Shown: positions 12,070 to 25,899, counted from the stretch's first letter. The stretch: 64,000 bases of DNA from Camelus dromedarius (GCF_036321535.1 NC_087438.1:12960001-13024000); one strand, 5' to 3'. Made by a program: numbers and translations. The notes: generated by a model not told the origin, from the sequence alone.

Positions 12070-14107
12070 TTAAGGGTTGCAAAACTCCAGCTCAGTTTAG
12101 GAAATAGAAAGCTGGAGAGAACATTACTCCCGCCCTAGCAACAACAACACAACACAACACAACAAGCCCTATGGACAGTCAGTGGATTCACAACTTTTCT
12201 TGAACTTGTCAAGGAGCTGATGATGCAGAGCCAACAGCTAATCCATCACCTCTGGGGAGAGACTAGAAGTGAGCATTTGCTTACACGGGGAAGATGCTGC
12301 CAGACACTGATAAGAACAACTCAACTAAAATTTTAAATTAATTACAAAGAGTTGAGTGTGACCTAGTAAGAAAATACAGAACCACATGTGATCAGGAAAA
12401 CAAAGGAATTAATTATTAATTATTAATTATAGGTTCCTCTTAATAAGACTGGGGTCAGGATGAGGGTCCTGTATCCCTTCCCTAGCAGCAAAGGACTGGA
12501 GAAGAAAATCCCAGTTACTGTGGGAAGGGTCTGGAGCACCACTTGGCCTTTTCTCCCTATCTCTTCTACAGAATAGAGTTCCAAAACACTTTGGAAAGAA
12601 AAACAGAACTTGCTTTTAGGGCACAGGTGAAAAACTATCGCATCAAGGAAAATAAAATAAAATATTAAAACCTTACTAGTGGTGAGGAGCAGGCAAAGAG
12701 GTTGGGTCCAGAGCCACAGCCAGGGACCAGGTCTAAAGCTGAGAAGGTCCCATCCCTGTGACCCAGGGACTCAGTTCTCCCTGAGACTGAAGAGTAAGCA
12801 GAATGATAGGAAAGACTTCTTCTCCTTCTCCTCCAAAACCACCACCAGATTAACAAACATCCAGGAAGAAGTAGTATCAACATTGCTTGCAGAAGAGAAA
12901 GAGCATGGAGAGGGATCCTCTAAGGCGTGATGCAGAGAAGACCTAAATCAAAAGTGGAGTGGCTCTTAGGAGGGAGGAACCCTCCTGGAAACCAGTCTCA
13001 CCTCTAAAGATAAGGTAATGTTAGAAGAATTTGAGTCCTGTGGTTCTTGAGGGTAAATACAGCAAGATGAAATCAAAGCCCCATCTTAACTTCTGACTAG
13101 ATTGACTCCACCTGTCACACTGAAATTGCAGCAGAAGGAAAAGGTGCCCATTGTACTCATAACAATTAATTTGCTTCAGTATCTACTGCTCAAGACAATA
13201 TACCTGCTATCTGCACACACACACAAATATGAGAGATGGAAAAAACTAAGCAAAAAACATCACCCAGGGAAGAAAACAAGAAAAAACCAGGAACAGATGT
13301 GACATCAAAAGTGAAATTTAAAATAATTCTAATGAAAATGTTAAAGTCTCTTGTGCAAAAGAGAATTTTTGTATGCGTGGTCCACTGGGTAATTTCAGCA
13401 GATATACAGAAACTGTAAGAAAGAATCAAATGTAAAAACACATTAACAAGGAAGGAAGAAGACTTCTGACAGGCTACCCAGTGGACTTGACACATCAGAG
13501 GTAATATCAGTGAAATTGAAGATAGGTCAGATCGAAATTATACAAACAAATACACACAGAAAATTGTAAAAAAAAGAAATGACCAGAACATCCAAGAAAT
13601 ATGATATAAAATTAAATGATCTAAAATACATGTCATTGGAAACCCAGAAAGTCAAGAGTAACAGCTGAGACTTAAAAAATTGTCTATACAGGTAATCCTA
13701 AGACTCTACAAAAAGATACTAATGCCAAAAAGTGAGTTTAGCAAGATGGTCAATTATTAAGTTAATATTCAATGCCAATTATATTTCTATATGCTAGCAA
13801 TGAATAATTAGAAATTAAAATAAAATTTAAAAGAATGATTACCAGAAGTATTAATACATGAAATAGGTATAAATCTTCCAAAATACAGGCACGATCTGTA
13901 TATGTGCTAAACATAACAAAACACTGATGAAATAAATCAAAGGAGATGTAATAAATGGGGAGGTACCACACTTAAACATGGAAAGTTCAGTATGGAAGCT
14001 TAATATTGTTAAATGTCAGTTGCCCAGAGATTGAACTGATCTATGGGTTCAACCCAATTGCAGTTGAAACCACTCAGGACTTTTTGCACAAATCGACAGG
14101 ATGATTC
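12070..14107 (+). mobile_element. Old L1M: 5' UTR, ORF1 remnant, internal deletion, ORF2 remnant (resumes briefly at ~15388-15430)
   Basis: ORF1-like 'atcagtgaaattgaagataggtca' (~13510). Jump near 13670 to ORF2-like 'gtgagtttagcaag', 'atttctatatgctagcaatgaa' and 'ttaatattgttaaatgtcagtt'. 'atgattc|taaaatgtata' is rejoined across the LTR element. Confidence 0.75.
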
Positions 14108-15383
14108 TGCCAACGAAAACCTTAATCAGTTGTCAATTTAAGAAAGAAATGGAAAATTTGCTCGAGTCAACCTGAGGATTATAACTTGGGAGACAGTCTT
14201 TCATAAAGCTCTGAGGACTGTTCCAAAGAGGTAATGAGGGAGGCTAGTGTATATATCATTTTGGCAAAGAAGTATATGCATCAAGCACACATCTTGGTAT
14301 AAAGTTACTGCTATTCACAAGGAACAGCTATCTTAGTTAATGGTGTTAGTGATTCCTTATGTATGGGACGATAAAAGAAACTGGGTTCATAGCATCTTTT
14401 CCTGAAAGTATCTAAGCATCTGAAGTTCTGTTCTGCCAATTTTCCCAGAGCGCACAGTGCCTCGTCCTGATATTTGCCCTGAATTCCTTTCAGGGTATAT
14501 TGTAGGTCAGCAATTGTAGTGGCTAATGGCTTGATTCGTGTAGAAATAGATGGTGGGCAACATTCTTTAGTTTACAATCCCCTGCCTTTTGGTCTTAATT
14601 TTGACCAACGCTTGGAAGGCATTTTGTGACCCATTTGTCCCATGGCCCTAGAAATGCTCATTCCCAGGTGAGATAAGGATTTTTTTTTGATGATCCACTC
14701 AACGTGCTATTACTGGTTTAGGCCCTGTTAACAGTCACCCAAAGTCTCTGGACTGCTTGTCTGTTATCATCCAGGAAATGGTTCCCTCTTCCCACATCCA
14801 GAGTTACACTCTTATAACTATTGATCTTATAGAATTATATATTTGGTCAATCATTTCAAGTCATTTAGTCATCATTATTTTTATTGGAGGCTCAGTCACA
14901 CGTTGGTGATGCAAGAAATAATAATGTAAATATATTACAAATAGTATAGTTAGTAACACTAGTAAGGTCAGGAGTAAGTATTTAAACTAAGAACCCCCAC
15001 TAGCTGCAGCCCAGTATCTCCCCAGGTTGTCTGACTCTGTCTGCTTCATACCAGTTGCTGTCTTTAAGAGAAATGATACACTGGCGTTGCACATAAAGTT
15101 CACCAAAGGTGTCCACATGTACAAGGCCAGTGTTGGGTCATCATGACCCCTTACAGGATTGAGAAAGGAATGCTGTCTTCTAAGGAGTTACATGGCTGGT
15201 GTCAGAAGAAGAAAAATTTCTCTTTATAGGTGAGCAGGTTTTCCTGCCACTGAGATCTGGTTAATGCATAATGCAGGTATACAGTGCACACCGGAGGAGA
15301 GGGAAAAAACCCAAAGAGGCAGAAAAAAAATTACATTTAATTTTTTTCTTATTTTGCCTTAAACAATGAATTTTATTTCATCA
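14108..15383 (-). mobile_element. ERV1-like composite LTR element (LTR-like head + env tail + PPT + 3' LTR at 14108-14576)
   Basis: TG...CA ends and 4-bp TSD ATTC (14104-14107, 15384-15387). Minus-strand PPT AAAAGGCAGGGGAT precedes TGTAAAC at 14576. Env transmembrane-like FKYLLLTLLVLLTILFVIYL at 14986-14927. Confidence 0.8.
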
Positions 15384-17444
15384 ATTCTAAAATGTATAAG
15401 GAAAATAAAAGCAAAGGCAAAAACAGCCAATTGATAAGTGAAGCTGACTACAAAAAGACACACTGATACTTAAAAGTGTAAATTTCCATGTTTATGGGCA
15501 CTTTGTGAGGTATGTTTTATCGATGAAGAAAATAAAGTTCAGATTGCTTGGAGACAGGTAAGCAAGTAATAAGGTCAATAGTTAGAGATGCCGATATCAA
15601 AATGTTTCACTAAACATCAAAGCTCTCAACTCTGTCAAGGTGACCCTCTGAGTTTGTAGTATTAGTTACAAAACTATATTTATAACCATCCAAAGAGACT
15701 AAGAGATGTATTAAAAAATAAATTAAGTGTTTGTAAAGTTTTATAAAATGTTTTTTTCAAACAGCTGCTTTGGTTATAATATATATAATTTAAGTTAATA
15801 ATTACTTTTTTCCTCTGACTTCATTAACTTATTGTCTTTTCCAAATAATGCTTTTTTTTTTAAAATTTTTGGTGAAGGCTTAGGATAACAAAACATTTCA
15901 AATGAGATACTGACTAATAATGTTTACAATCTCAGTGCCTGTGGCAGACTGTCAGGATTCATTTCCTGGAAGAGATTAGAATGTATCATTATAGTGACAA
16001 TTCAGGAGTGAAAAGTTCACTGAGATGGGAAAGGAGTCTCCAGAATGCTTCCAGGGACTGAGATAAACTAGTTCATAGTTGGATGCTCCCATCTAAAATC
16101 TATAAAACTGGACTCCAAGCCAAGAAAAAAAATATCATGGTATGTATCTACAAAAGTGTTTTAGGAATACTGAATTTTTAAATGATTTAATGTTTTTAAA
16201 ATTACTTGGGGGTGAAAAAGACTTTTAAAGGCTACTGAAATAAAAAACATTTTAAAGAGTTTTAAAAGGGACATTCCAAACCAATACTATGACATGCTGC
16301 TTGAGAGAGAGGAAGAAATCTTTAGCTCATATTGTCCTTCGTTTTCTTTTTGAAGGAAAGATTTTTCAGATTTAAAAAGGAAGTTAAGTATTCTGAACAA
16401 GAGCCTGGACGCCTTGAAGTGGTTGTGTGAGAACCTAATTTGTTCCACTGGCCCTGATTAACTACATTCTTCATTACAGAGAGGACCTGAAAATATGAAT
16501 TCCAAACGCTATACATATGCTTTTACAGATTTTGCAAATTAGAAGGACACTTGCAAGTAGAAAAATACATAGAGAGTTCTTTATGAGATTATCCTCCATT
16601 AGAAATGAGCTGGAAAGTGCAAATGTCATTTCTCTAAATACTCTCTTATGAAAATAATATTCTTATTTTGTCCACATTTCCTGAAAAATGTATTAACGCC
16701 CAATGTTAGCAGAGTCAATTTTACTAAAAAGAAAGACTCATTTTCATAACAGGAACTTTTAGAGCAATGGGTCAGTAAGAAATAAACTCTATTTCAGATA
16801 ATGCAATACAAAAGTTGAGCCCTTGCTACAGATTGGAATGGTTGAATGCATGTATTCCTTGTTCAGATGATCATTTAAGACACTGGACTCTCTGACTTTC
16901 CTTAAACAGTAAATGAAGCAAGACCTCAGAGAAGCTACGATGTGTAGTCTAGTGTCAGCCACAAACAGTAGGACTGGACATTCCATTAACGTGGATTAAA
17001 AACTCAGGAAAAAGTAGATTGGCGGTGGGCTTTTGATTCAATATGCTTTCTTTTTCACTTCATCATAATAAAGAGCTTTGCTTTAAATGTTTAGAGGCTA
17101 AGAGTCCGAATTTGATATGCCTATGTGAATAAACTAGGGAGGAATAAAGTCTATCATTGCTACTGGGTTTGGGCTCACAGTCAGTGGCAAGAAGAAAGTT
17201 CGGGATTTTCTTGGCTTGTCTATTAGTCCATGGTCTTCCTATACAGGGCTTGTCTTGCCTACTATGCTTTTATATCATTTGCAATTCAAGTGTGAGATTA
17301 CCTCTTTGATTTTTCTGAACCAGAACCTTCTAGAACACAAGCAATTCTAATTTTGAAAATGAACCAGCAGATACATTTCAGTGCCCTTAGATCAGGTACC
17401 ATCTTTGCTCCAGAATAAATTTAATGCAGGCAAGCGATCATTGC

Positions 17445-17560
17445 TTCATTTATTTCAACAACCAGTAGGTGAGCACCTGCCTTGTGCCAGACGCTCTCCT
17501 AAGTACGAGATTGTAGCATTGACTCAAACACAGAAAACCTCATAGAAATTGAATTCTAAG
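17445..17560 (-). mobile_element. L2 3' end
   Basis: 'ttcatttatttcaacaa..tgagcacctgccttgtgccagacgctctcctaag'. Confidence 0.7.
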
Positions 17561-20023
17561 CATTTGTGAAGAAATACTTGTATAGGAGTAAAATAAGAAG
17601 ATAATAATCACTGAGAACTTAAATTTTCTTTTATGAGACCGACAGACTTAAGAAATGTCAGAGATGAAAGTAAATGATTTGACAAGTCTCATATATATCA
17701 TATATAGCTTACACATAAAGCAGAGCGATAAAGACAGCTGTATGGTTGGGATAGTAGTCAATAATTGCAATTAAAGAAAATAATTTCTAAATAGCAACTA
17801 TAGAGAGATTTTCAGTGGCATTCTGAAGACCCTGTTTTGGTCAATATTTTATAGTAATTTTTTAATGTATAACATTGTATTTTATGTTAAAAGGGAAGTG
17901 CAATGTAATAAGAACATAGTTGAGATAGATTAAAAAGAATGTGCAGAAATCACTGAGAAAAAAAAAAGATCTAAAATATACTCTGCACATATGAGAACTT
18001 TCCCTTAAAGTCCTCAATTTCTCCCTGCCCCCTTCTTGACAGGCCCCTCCCAGGTGTCCTGTACACACAACTTTCACTTTCTCACTGTTTACTGAATGAT
18101 AAACAAAGTCTAGAGGAATTGAGGAACCACCTTAGGATGCTGGAAAATTAGTGTTGGAATTCTAGCCTCTACCACGTATCTGAAACATAGTAGATGCAAG
18201 AAATGATGGTTATTGTTTTAATTTTATGATTATGATTATTATTACTCATATTTTCTTCTTCATTGTGACATGAATTTGGGAATAATATTCATATCCCTTT
18301 TAATCTGTAGTTACTTCCAGTGTCTGAAAAAATCTAGGCTTTCAATAAGTTTCCTGAGGGAATAAATGGATGAGATGATATCCCATTTATAGATGATATG
18401 AAGTCTAAGTGAGGATAAAAGACCATAGTCATGAAACATTGCCTATCAGAGTAGATTTAACAGGATAAACTACCATAAGAATAATTTTATAAGTGTCTTT
18501 CAGTGTTGAGGAAGAAATGGAACAAATGTAGGATAGATGGCGTGTGAATTACCTGAACAAACGACGTACATCAGTACTAGGGAAATGCTGAGTCACACGT
18601 AGTTACGTTAAGCGAGATAAGGAGGTTTAAGTGGGGAAAATGGGTTAAGTTCTTAAAAATACAAAGCCTGAAACTTTATTCTTGGGTTAAACCCTGGATT
18701 TGGAGAAACGTTAACTTGCCAATGACTGCATCAAAGTCAAGCATGGGTTATTAGACACAGATGCAAAACAAGAAAATAGAAGCAGCTGGTCTTGGGCTTA
18801 TGTGGCCCAGTCGAGGCTTTGGCAGTGTGACATCTTCCTCTTGCTGGAATTGTATGAAAGGACCCCTGGAAGGCAAATCATCCTAATACATAACTTCTTG
18901 AGAGATGATTTCTACAAATGGATTTTCTACCCTTGATTAACAAAATAGTCTATACATGGAGGCAGCGTTGGGGAAGTTCATGAAAAGGCTCACGTCCAAA
19001 TCAAGCTCATGTCTGTGTATTTCATTGCATCTCTAAATGAACTGTTTTCCTAAAAGATGTCAGTATTGATCATAGACCTGATCTCAGACTTTGTAATACT
19101 TTACAGTATGTGCTCTTCTGTGCAACTTAAACTCTAAATGCATGGATTTTATATATAAAATGGAGGTATTAAAACCTAGCATTATTACAGAGATTAACTG
19201 AGATAATGGTTTATTGTGAATATCAAATCAGATAACAGAGACAAAAACAGCTGACCTGGGACAAAGAAAGTTCAAAATGGTCTCTATGCTAGTGAGTTTC
19301 TCTTCTCATCTGCTAGGGAAAAGACTCCTCTGTGAGTGTAAGTTATGAGACAAGTCTTTTATATGCAGAGTGTTTTGTATGAAAGATAAGTTTTTTAAAG
19401 TAGAACTGAATGGAGCTAAATAATTGCAACTTCAATAAAAGGGTATTTGGGGCAAAATGATTTTAATGGCAAGAAGATGCTTCAGAAATGAGCAGAAAGT
19501 GAGGGTGTATTTAGATGGTGTGGAAGAGACAGGCTTGAAGGAAAAGGTAATGAGAGAGTTGAGATTAAGATATTTTCCCTTCAAGGAAGGCAACATTGCT
19601 TGATGTAGAGCAACTGATTTGCAGAATTCATTAGTCTAGTCTTTCTTTGATATATTCTTACTGTTGATTCTAATCACTAAGTCAACGTAAGAAAAAAATG
19701 AACTTTGGGGGATTTTTATTAAGGTAAAATTTATCTTTTGAAAATCTTTGGAGAATTCTCTAAAATTTTTAGTTGTCCTATCTAAAAACTCTATATGCTT
19801 ATCCATGTATTCAATTACTATTTTGTTCTCCTTAGTACAATTACATACTTTGTGTCCAAATCCTTGGTAATATGATTTACTGTACCCTGCTGTTTATACT
19901 AAATCCTACTGATTTGTGTGCAACACATTTGAATTTTCTCATTATTGATTCTGATAGTTTTTAGATTGATTCCTCTTCTCATTTTCTGTCTCTGTCTCTG
20001 TATCTCTCTCTCTCTGTATTTGT

Positions 20024-20029
20024 CACACA

Positions 20030-20066
<37 letters not shown>

Positions 20067-20073
20067 CACACAC
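20024..20073. repeat. (CA)n microsatellite preceded by a (CT)-rich tract
   Basis: Direct reading. Confidence 0.95.
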
Positions 20074-20134
20074 ATATCTTTCTCTGTCAGACATTATTCC
20101 AGATACTGGGAATTTAGAAGTAAGTACGGAAACA

Positions 20135-20961
20135 AGGATGAGATACCATCTCTATAATAGAATAGCTAAAATCAAAAATAGGGCAACATCAAAACTGGGA
20201 AGGATGTGAAGCAGCAGGTACACTCATTCATTGTGGGTAGGAATGCGTAACACCTCTGGAAGACATTTGGTAGTTTATCATAGAAATAAATATGCCCCCA
20301 TCATATTATACAGCAATTGTACTTCTTGGTATCCACCCAAGGAAGTTGAAAATTTATGTTCACACAGAAACTGCACACAAATGTGTACAGCAACTTTACT
20401 GATAATTACCAAAACTTGGAAGCAACTAAGATGTCCTTCAATAGATGAAGGGATAAACAGACTGTGGTACATCCATACGGTGAAATCTTTTCCAGTGATA
20501 AAAATAAATGAGCTAAGTTATGCAAAGACACAAGGAAACTTAAGTGCATATTGGTAAGTGAAAGAAGCTTATCTGAAAAAAGTTACATACTGTGTGATTT
20601 TACATTCTGGAAAAGGCAAAACTATGAAGAGTTAAAAAGGGTAGAGGACTGGGAGGAGGAAGAGGGATGGAGAGATGGAACATAGCATAATGTCATGTTT
20701 CTTTATTATATTGCTATGGTGGAAACATGCCTTTCTGCATATGTCAAAACCCAGAGACTGTGCAACACAAAGAGTGAGTCCTAATGTAAACTTTGTACTG
20801 TGGTTAATAATAATGATTTAATATTGGTTCGTCATGGTAACAAACGTACCGTGCGAATACAAGATGTGTGCGGGAGGAATTAGGGGAACTTTCTGTACTA
20901 TGCTCAGTTTTTCTGTAAACCTAAAACTGCTCTAAAAAATAAAATCTATTAATTAAAAAAA
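20135..20961 (+). mobile_element. L1MC1/2-like 3' end
   Basis: ORF2 C-terminal remnant TKTWKQLRCPSIDEGINRLWYIHT (ORF 20231-20557). Ends 'ctgtaaacctaaaactgctctaaaaaataaaatctattaattaaaaaaa'. Confidence 0.88.
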
Positions 20962-21289
20962 TGAATATGATAGATCAGCACTCCCCCTCGTGGGGTATGG
21001 TGCATTATGGTGAAGGGAGGTAGACAATAAATAAAAAGGGTGAAGATCTGAGGAAAGTATGTACTCTATCTTGATAGATGATGGTTTGGCATCAGGCTGC
21101 AGACTTGTTGATGTCATGGTTAAAGTTCACTCTGTTCCAATGAAGCTGAATTAAAACGAGCTGTTTCTCAGAAGAGAAGTTTACCTCAACCAGTTTTTCT
21201 CAAGGTTACATTTTCAACATGAGACTGAGCAAATCTAGCTTAAAACAGGACAGTTTCTAACCAATTGTGCTGTTTCTTCACCCACTTAT

Positions 21290-21995
21290 TTCCAGTTCTT
21301 GAAAGATTAAAAGTGACCTTTTGAAAATATTAACCAGATTACATCACTTCCTTGCTTTAAAAATCTTTGCATCATTGCTCATCTAGAATACAATACAGTG
21401 TTCCAACAAGAACTCCAAGGCCCATTGCTAACTGGAACCTCCTTCCTTTCCAGCTTGGTGTGACTCTATCCTCCCTTCTGTTTCCTTAAAATGCCATCCT
21501 TACAAAGTTCCCATCTGGACCCATTTTCCTCTTAAATACTTCAAGCTCTTTATTACCTCAGGGCCTTTGCACTCGCTATCCTCTCTCAGGATTTATCTCC
21601 TAAGTGTTCTTTTAAATGTCTGAGATAATCAGCACTAGGAAAAGATTTTAACAAAACAAGCAGTGGTAAGATGCATGCTGTTTATTCTTCCATCAAATAT
21701 CCCCATTGCTCTCCTCCTCCCTTAGCTCAGATCTTTAACCAAAAGTCCGTTTCATCCAGGCCTTCCTTGTCCTGTCTGTAACATGCATGTCCTTTCTTGC
21801 TTTTGCCCCCTTTGTATTTATCATGGATGTACAATCACTCTCTTACAATGTCGTTATGTGTTTGTATTTCAAACCAGAGTATAATCTTCATGAAGGCAGG
21901 AATGTTTGCCCCTTTTGTTCATTGTTCTATCTTCAGCACTGAAGCAATGCCTGGCCCATAATGACACTAAATAAATACTTGATGAATGAGTGAAT
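21290..21995 (+). mobile_element. L2 3' region
   Basis: 'cagattacatcacttccttgctt', 'cctcagggcctttgcactcgct', 'catgaaggcaggaa', ending 'aaatacttgatgaatgagtgaat'. Confidence 0.8.
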
Positions 21996-24971
21996 AAGAG
22001 CATAGGTAATATTTATAAAATGCCAACATTGTTTTGTTAAAATTGTAAAGAGCTCTAATTGACGTTCATATCACCTTATTTTAAATTCTCTCTAAGTATA
22101 TCATATATCTACTACACAACTCACAAATTGGCATTTTCTTTTTCTAGATTTAGAAATATTTTTAAAATTTGGATATTATTTCCCATTCACTGAAATCTGC
22201 TTGAGGAATCATGCTGAAATTTGTACTGTGCCAATCATTCTGTTCACCTCTGATGGTGAATGAAATTTTAACTTTTAATATAATAAACACAAACAGAGAC
22301 TGTGTGTATACTTTCTATTCCAAAGCTAGACTTCCTGAACTAGGGTTTAGCCTTTAAAATTTAAATGAAGGATTTTATTTAACTCTGCATGAGGCAGTCT
22401 ATATAAATGATCTATTGATTATTGATGGATTATTAAATTAATATTTATGATGATTATTCAATGAAGTCATTTAAGACATTTAGTTAGCATAGGATTCCTT
22501 TTTAACATCAATTATTATTGAGAAGCTAGGGTAATTGTTATTATAACAAAATGTTTTTTGCTGCCATAGTCAGAGCAGAACATTTGGTTACTTTTGGTAC
22601 TCTTTGGCTCAACTCCAATGAAACTTACTGCAGTGAATTTGGGGAAAAAGGTGGATAAACTAGAAGAATGGTGAGATGCTGATAGAATTCAAGGAAGCCA
22701 TGAAAGCCAGACATTGGCTGAGACAGATAATAAGGCAATATCATGAACTTTTGCAGCAGGAAGTGGATTCCAATCAACTTCCGTGTTTCTCTGATAGAGA
22801 ATCAGCCTGGATTGAGACTCATGCCTGCGCCCCCAGGGGAGCTGTCATTGATCAGCTTGCCTGGATGCCCTGGAATGGGCAGCAAGTGCTGCGGAGGAAG
22901 CCAGAGGCCCACGTGCATAAAGGAAGGGGGAAGTGTGGCAAGACAGCCAGAGCAAAAGGACCCATTTTGCTGATGGGTAAAATAGGCTAAGGTCTGTACC
23001 TAATGCCAGGAAATCATTGAAAACAGGACTAAAACATCAACTCATGGAGTTGGTATTCTAATGCTTAAAAGGCAGGTTTTTAAAAAATTTGTTTTCGTTT
23101 CATTTTCTTTGAGTTGTATTTAAATAATTGATAATTTTCAGAACTCAGAAATATTTGTGGACCTAATAAAGCCTGAGATCACTACTTACAGCCAATCAGA
23201 CAAAAATCTGAGGATATAACCTGACAATACTCCTGATCTTTTTTGACAGGGAATTTTGCCAAGCTTTGCAAGACAAAAATGATCTCTATTTGTTTGGGGG
23301 AATATCTAAGATGAAAATATCATTGTAATTCCAATGAAAATAAGCTTTCCTGGTGCTCATCTCTCTAACATTGAAAACTTGAGCAATTTTAGTGACCTTC
23401 CCGTTGTTAAATCTCACATTCTGAGTAAACGTACGTAGTATTACCCTGCTTATGTCTGTCATGGACACAGTATCACTCTCATCTTTCTGTATTTTTTTAG
23501 TGCATGTATGGTCATAGGGAGAGTTTTTCTCATAGAAATAAAAGAATCAAGTGAGTCTGTTCCTATATTTATGGTGTTTCCTCCCACTGTCTACAGTTTA
23601 ATTATGTGAACGTCCATGAGATGGTTTCCTTGGTAACCAAAAGGAGCTCAGATCTGAGTGGCTATACCATAGGCTCACACTTTCAGGCATCGATTGCTTT
23701 TAAAAATTAACTGTTCAGTGGAATATTCAGTAGAACACATGAAAAAAACTGAATACCCATTTTGCTATAGAATTAACATCTTGCTAGTGTTTTTCCTTTT
23801 GAGCATTTTAGCATCTTGCTCCATGCTAATTAGTTACAATTCGGCGGAAATTGTTATTTATTATAGATGCCATTTGAGAAAGCTATGGTAGTGAGGCAGT
23901 TCCCGTTTCCAAATCCATTTACAATTAATTGCAATATTCCATAACTATCATCTGAATAACATCTAACGCTCAGATGTCTAATGATACCAAATCAAAGAAT
24001 AAACAAAACGAAACTCAGTGTGCCATCACACGCCACGCCGCCACAGGCAAAGGCTAAATAAATGTCAGAGGTAATGACAAATTGACTGATTTTAGTAGAA
24101 TCAAATATGTTGTAAACAGCAGCTGGTTATCATTGTTCATTATGAAATAGTAGCAAAATGTCTTCATTCTGATTTCTAGCTTATCTCTGTGGCCTTATTC
24201 CCTGTTAAAACTGTAAACAGTATCTCCTGCTGAATTCACTTCTGTTGAACTGTCATTTCTCTTTTATCCGGCTGTACTCCTGACTCTCCCAGGCCCCTTT
24301 TGTCCCACTATGTTTGTTATCTGAAATATTTGATTTTAATGACGTTTTCTGTGCAATGCATGTAGCACTCTGGGAAACAATTTGTCACATTTTTAAATGA
24401 GGAAATATAGCTTACTACAGGAGCTGACCAAAGGATGAAGAGAGGCTAGTGGGTGGAAACTGATAATAGCCTATTTATGTGAAACTTCTCTGGCACCTTA
24501 GTGATCATTTTAATAAATATGTTATTTTTTTTCTATTCAGCCTCAACATTTCTGTGAGATTTAGGTAGTGAGTGATAACACTCTGTCAAGTTCATAGCCT
24601 CCTGTTTTTTCTGGATAGTTTCTCTAAAATCTAATCAAATTGACTCTATATCCCTCGCCAGGAAAGCTGGAATGACAGCTCATGTGGTGTTTCTACTGCA
24701 TCATCAGTTTCTCCTCCCACCTCTATCCTTCCCAGGCAATGCCGTGTTCCTGGCACGCTTTGAGTAGCTCTGTCAAAATGACTGAGTCACTTTGTCCTAG
24801 TTTCTTCCTCTATCACTGAATTAAATGCTTAAAGCTCTGCTTTCCTCCTGTAGCACTCACTACTCACATTATCTGCCACTGCCTTTGGAGATTAACCATC
24901 GGAAAGTAAAAGATGGAGCAAACTCTTGTTCAACTAAACATCTTTTCTGACTCCAGGTCTTTCACTGTTGA

Positions 24972-25051
24972 TTTTTTTTTTCTTCTTTCCCTTTCTTTCC
25001 TTCTTTTCTTTTCTTTTCTTTCTTTCCTTCTTTCCTTCCTTTCTTTTTCTT

Positions 25052-25090
<39 letters not shown>

Positions 25091-25216
25091 GTTTCTTTGT
25101 TTGTTTGTTTCTTTCTTTCTTGCTTGCTTTCTTTCTTTCTTGCTTGCTTTCTTTATTGCTTTCTTTATTGCTTGCTTTCTTGCTTTCTTTCTTTTCCTTC
25201 CTTCCTTCCTTCCTCT
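24972..25216. repeat. Compound pyrimidine-rich microsatellite (TTTC/TTTG/TTGC/TTCC)
   Basis: Direct reading. It explains the Phe/Leu/Ser-rich and Lys/Glu/Arg-rich ORFs here. Confidence 0.95.
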
Positions 25217-25456
25217 CTATCTGGTACATTGAAATTATGCTTAATACTGGCAAAGATACACTCTCACCTTGTACATCCCCTCAAATTTGAAATTCTGTGG
25301 AAAAGATGTAGTATTTCACTTATTTACCAAATAATAGCTTTTGAGTTAGTGCATGTAAAAGCAGATTCCTTTTCCTTTATTATGTAAGATCCAAATGCTG
25401 AGGCAGATCTCATCTGCTAGGATCTGGCAGAAACTTAGTGGCCAGGTAGTTTCCTT

Positions 25457-25491
<35 letters not shown>

Positions 25492-25899
25492 ACATATCAA
25501 AAAAATTAAAATACTGGCATATTCTGAGATATATTTCAAGAAGTCTGCAAATTCTATGCATTGAGTTAAAAGGCAGTCACCTAGATGATCCAGACTACTA
25601 TGACATAATTTCACCTAGAATGGCCTTATCTCTGAATTCTGTCAGTGCTCATGTTGGCAATGGGTTTCAAATGACTGTATTACCAAAGAGATGCACAAAA
25701 AGAGGTTTCATGCAGTTTCTACCAGGAAGCAAAGTTGTTATGTTGACTCTTAAGGCACAGCATTGATGAATGAGCCAACAACACCACAATTTTAACTAAG
25801 AAATCTATTTCTTATTCAGGTCATGGAACCAATCATTCCAACCGGATCACTGAATGAATGTTTTAACAGCATATGACAATTCATTTGCATTGCTTCTTC

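Noticed and set aside
22676..22990. 104-aa ATG ORF in unique sequence
   Set aside because: No recognisable domain and no convincing splice sites. ORFs of this length are expected by chance in 64 kb.
24913..25387. Long Phe/Leu/Ser-rich and Lys/Glu/Arg-rich ORFs
   Set aside because: They are translations of the compound microsatellite.
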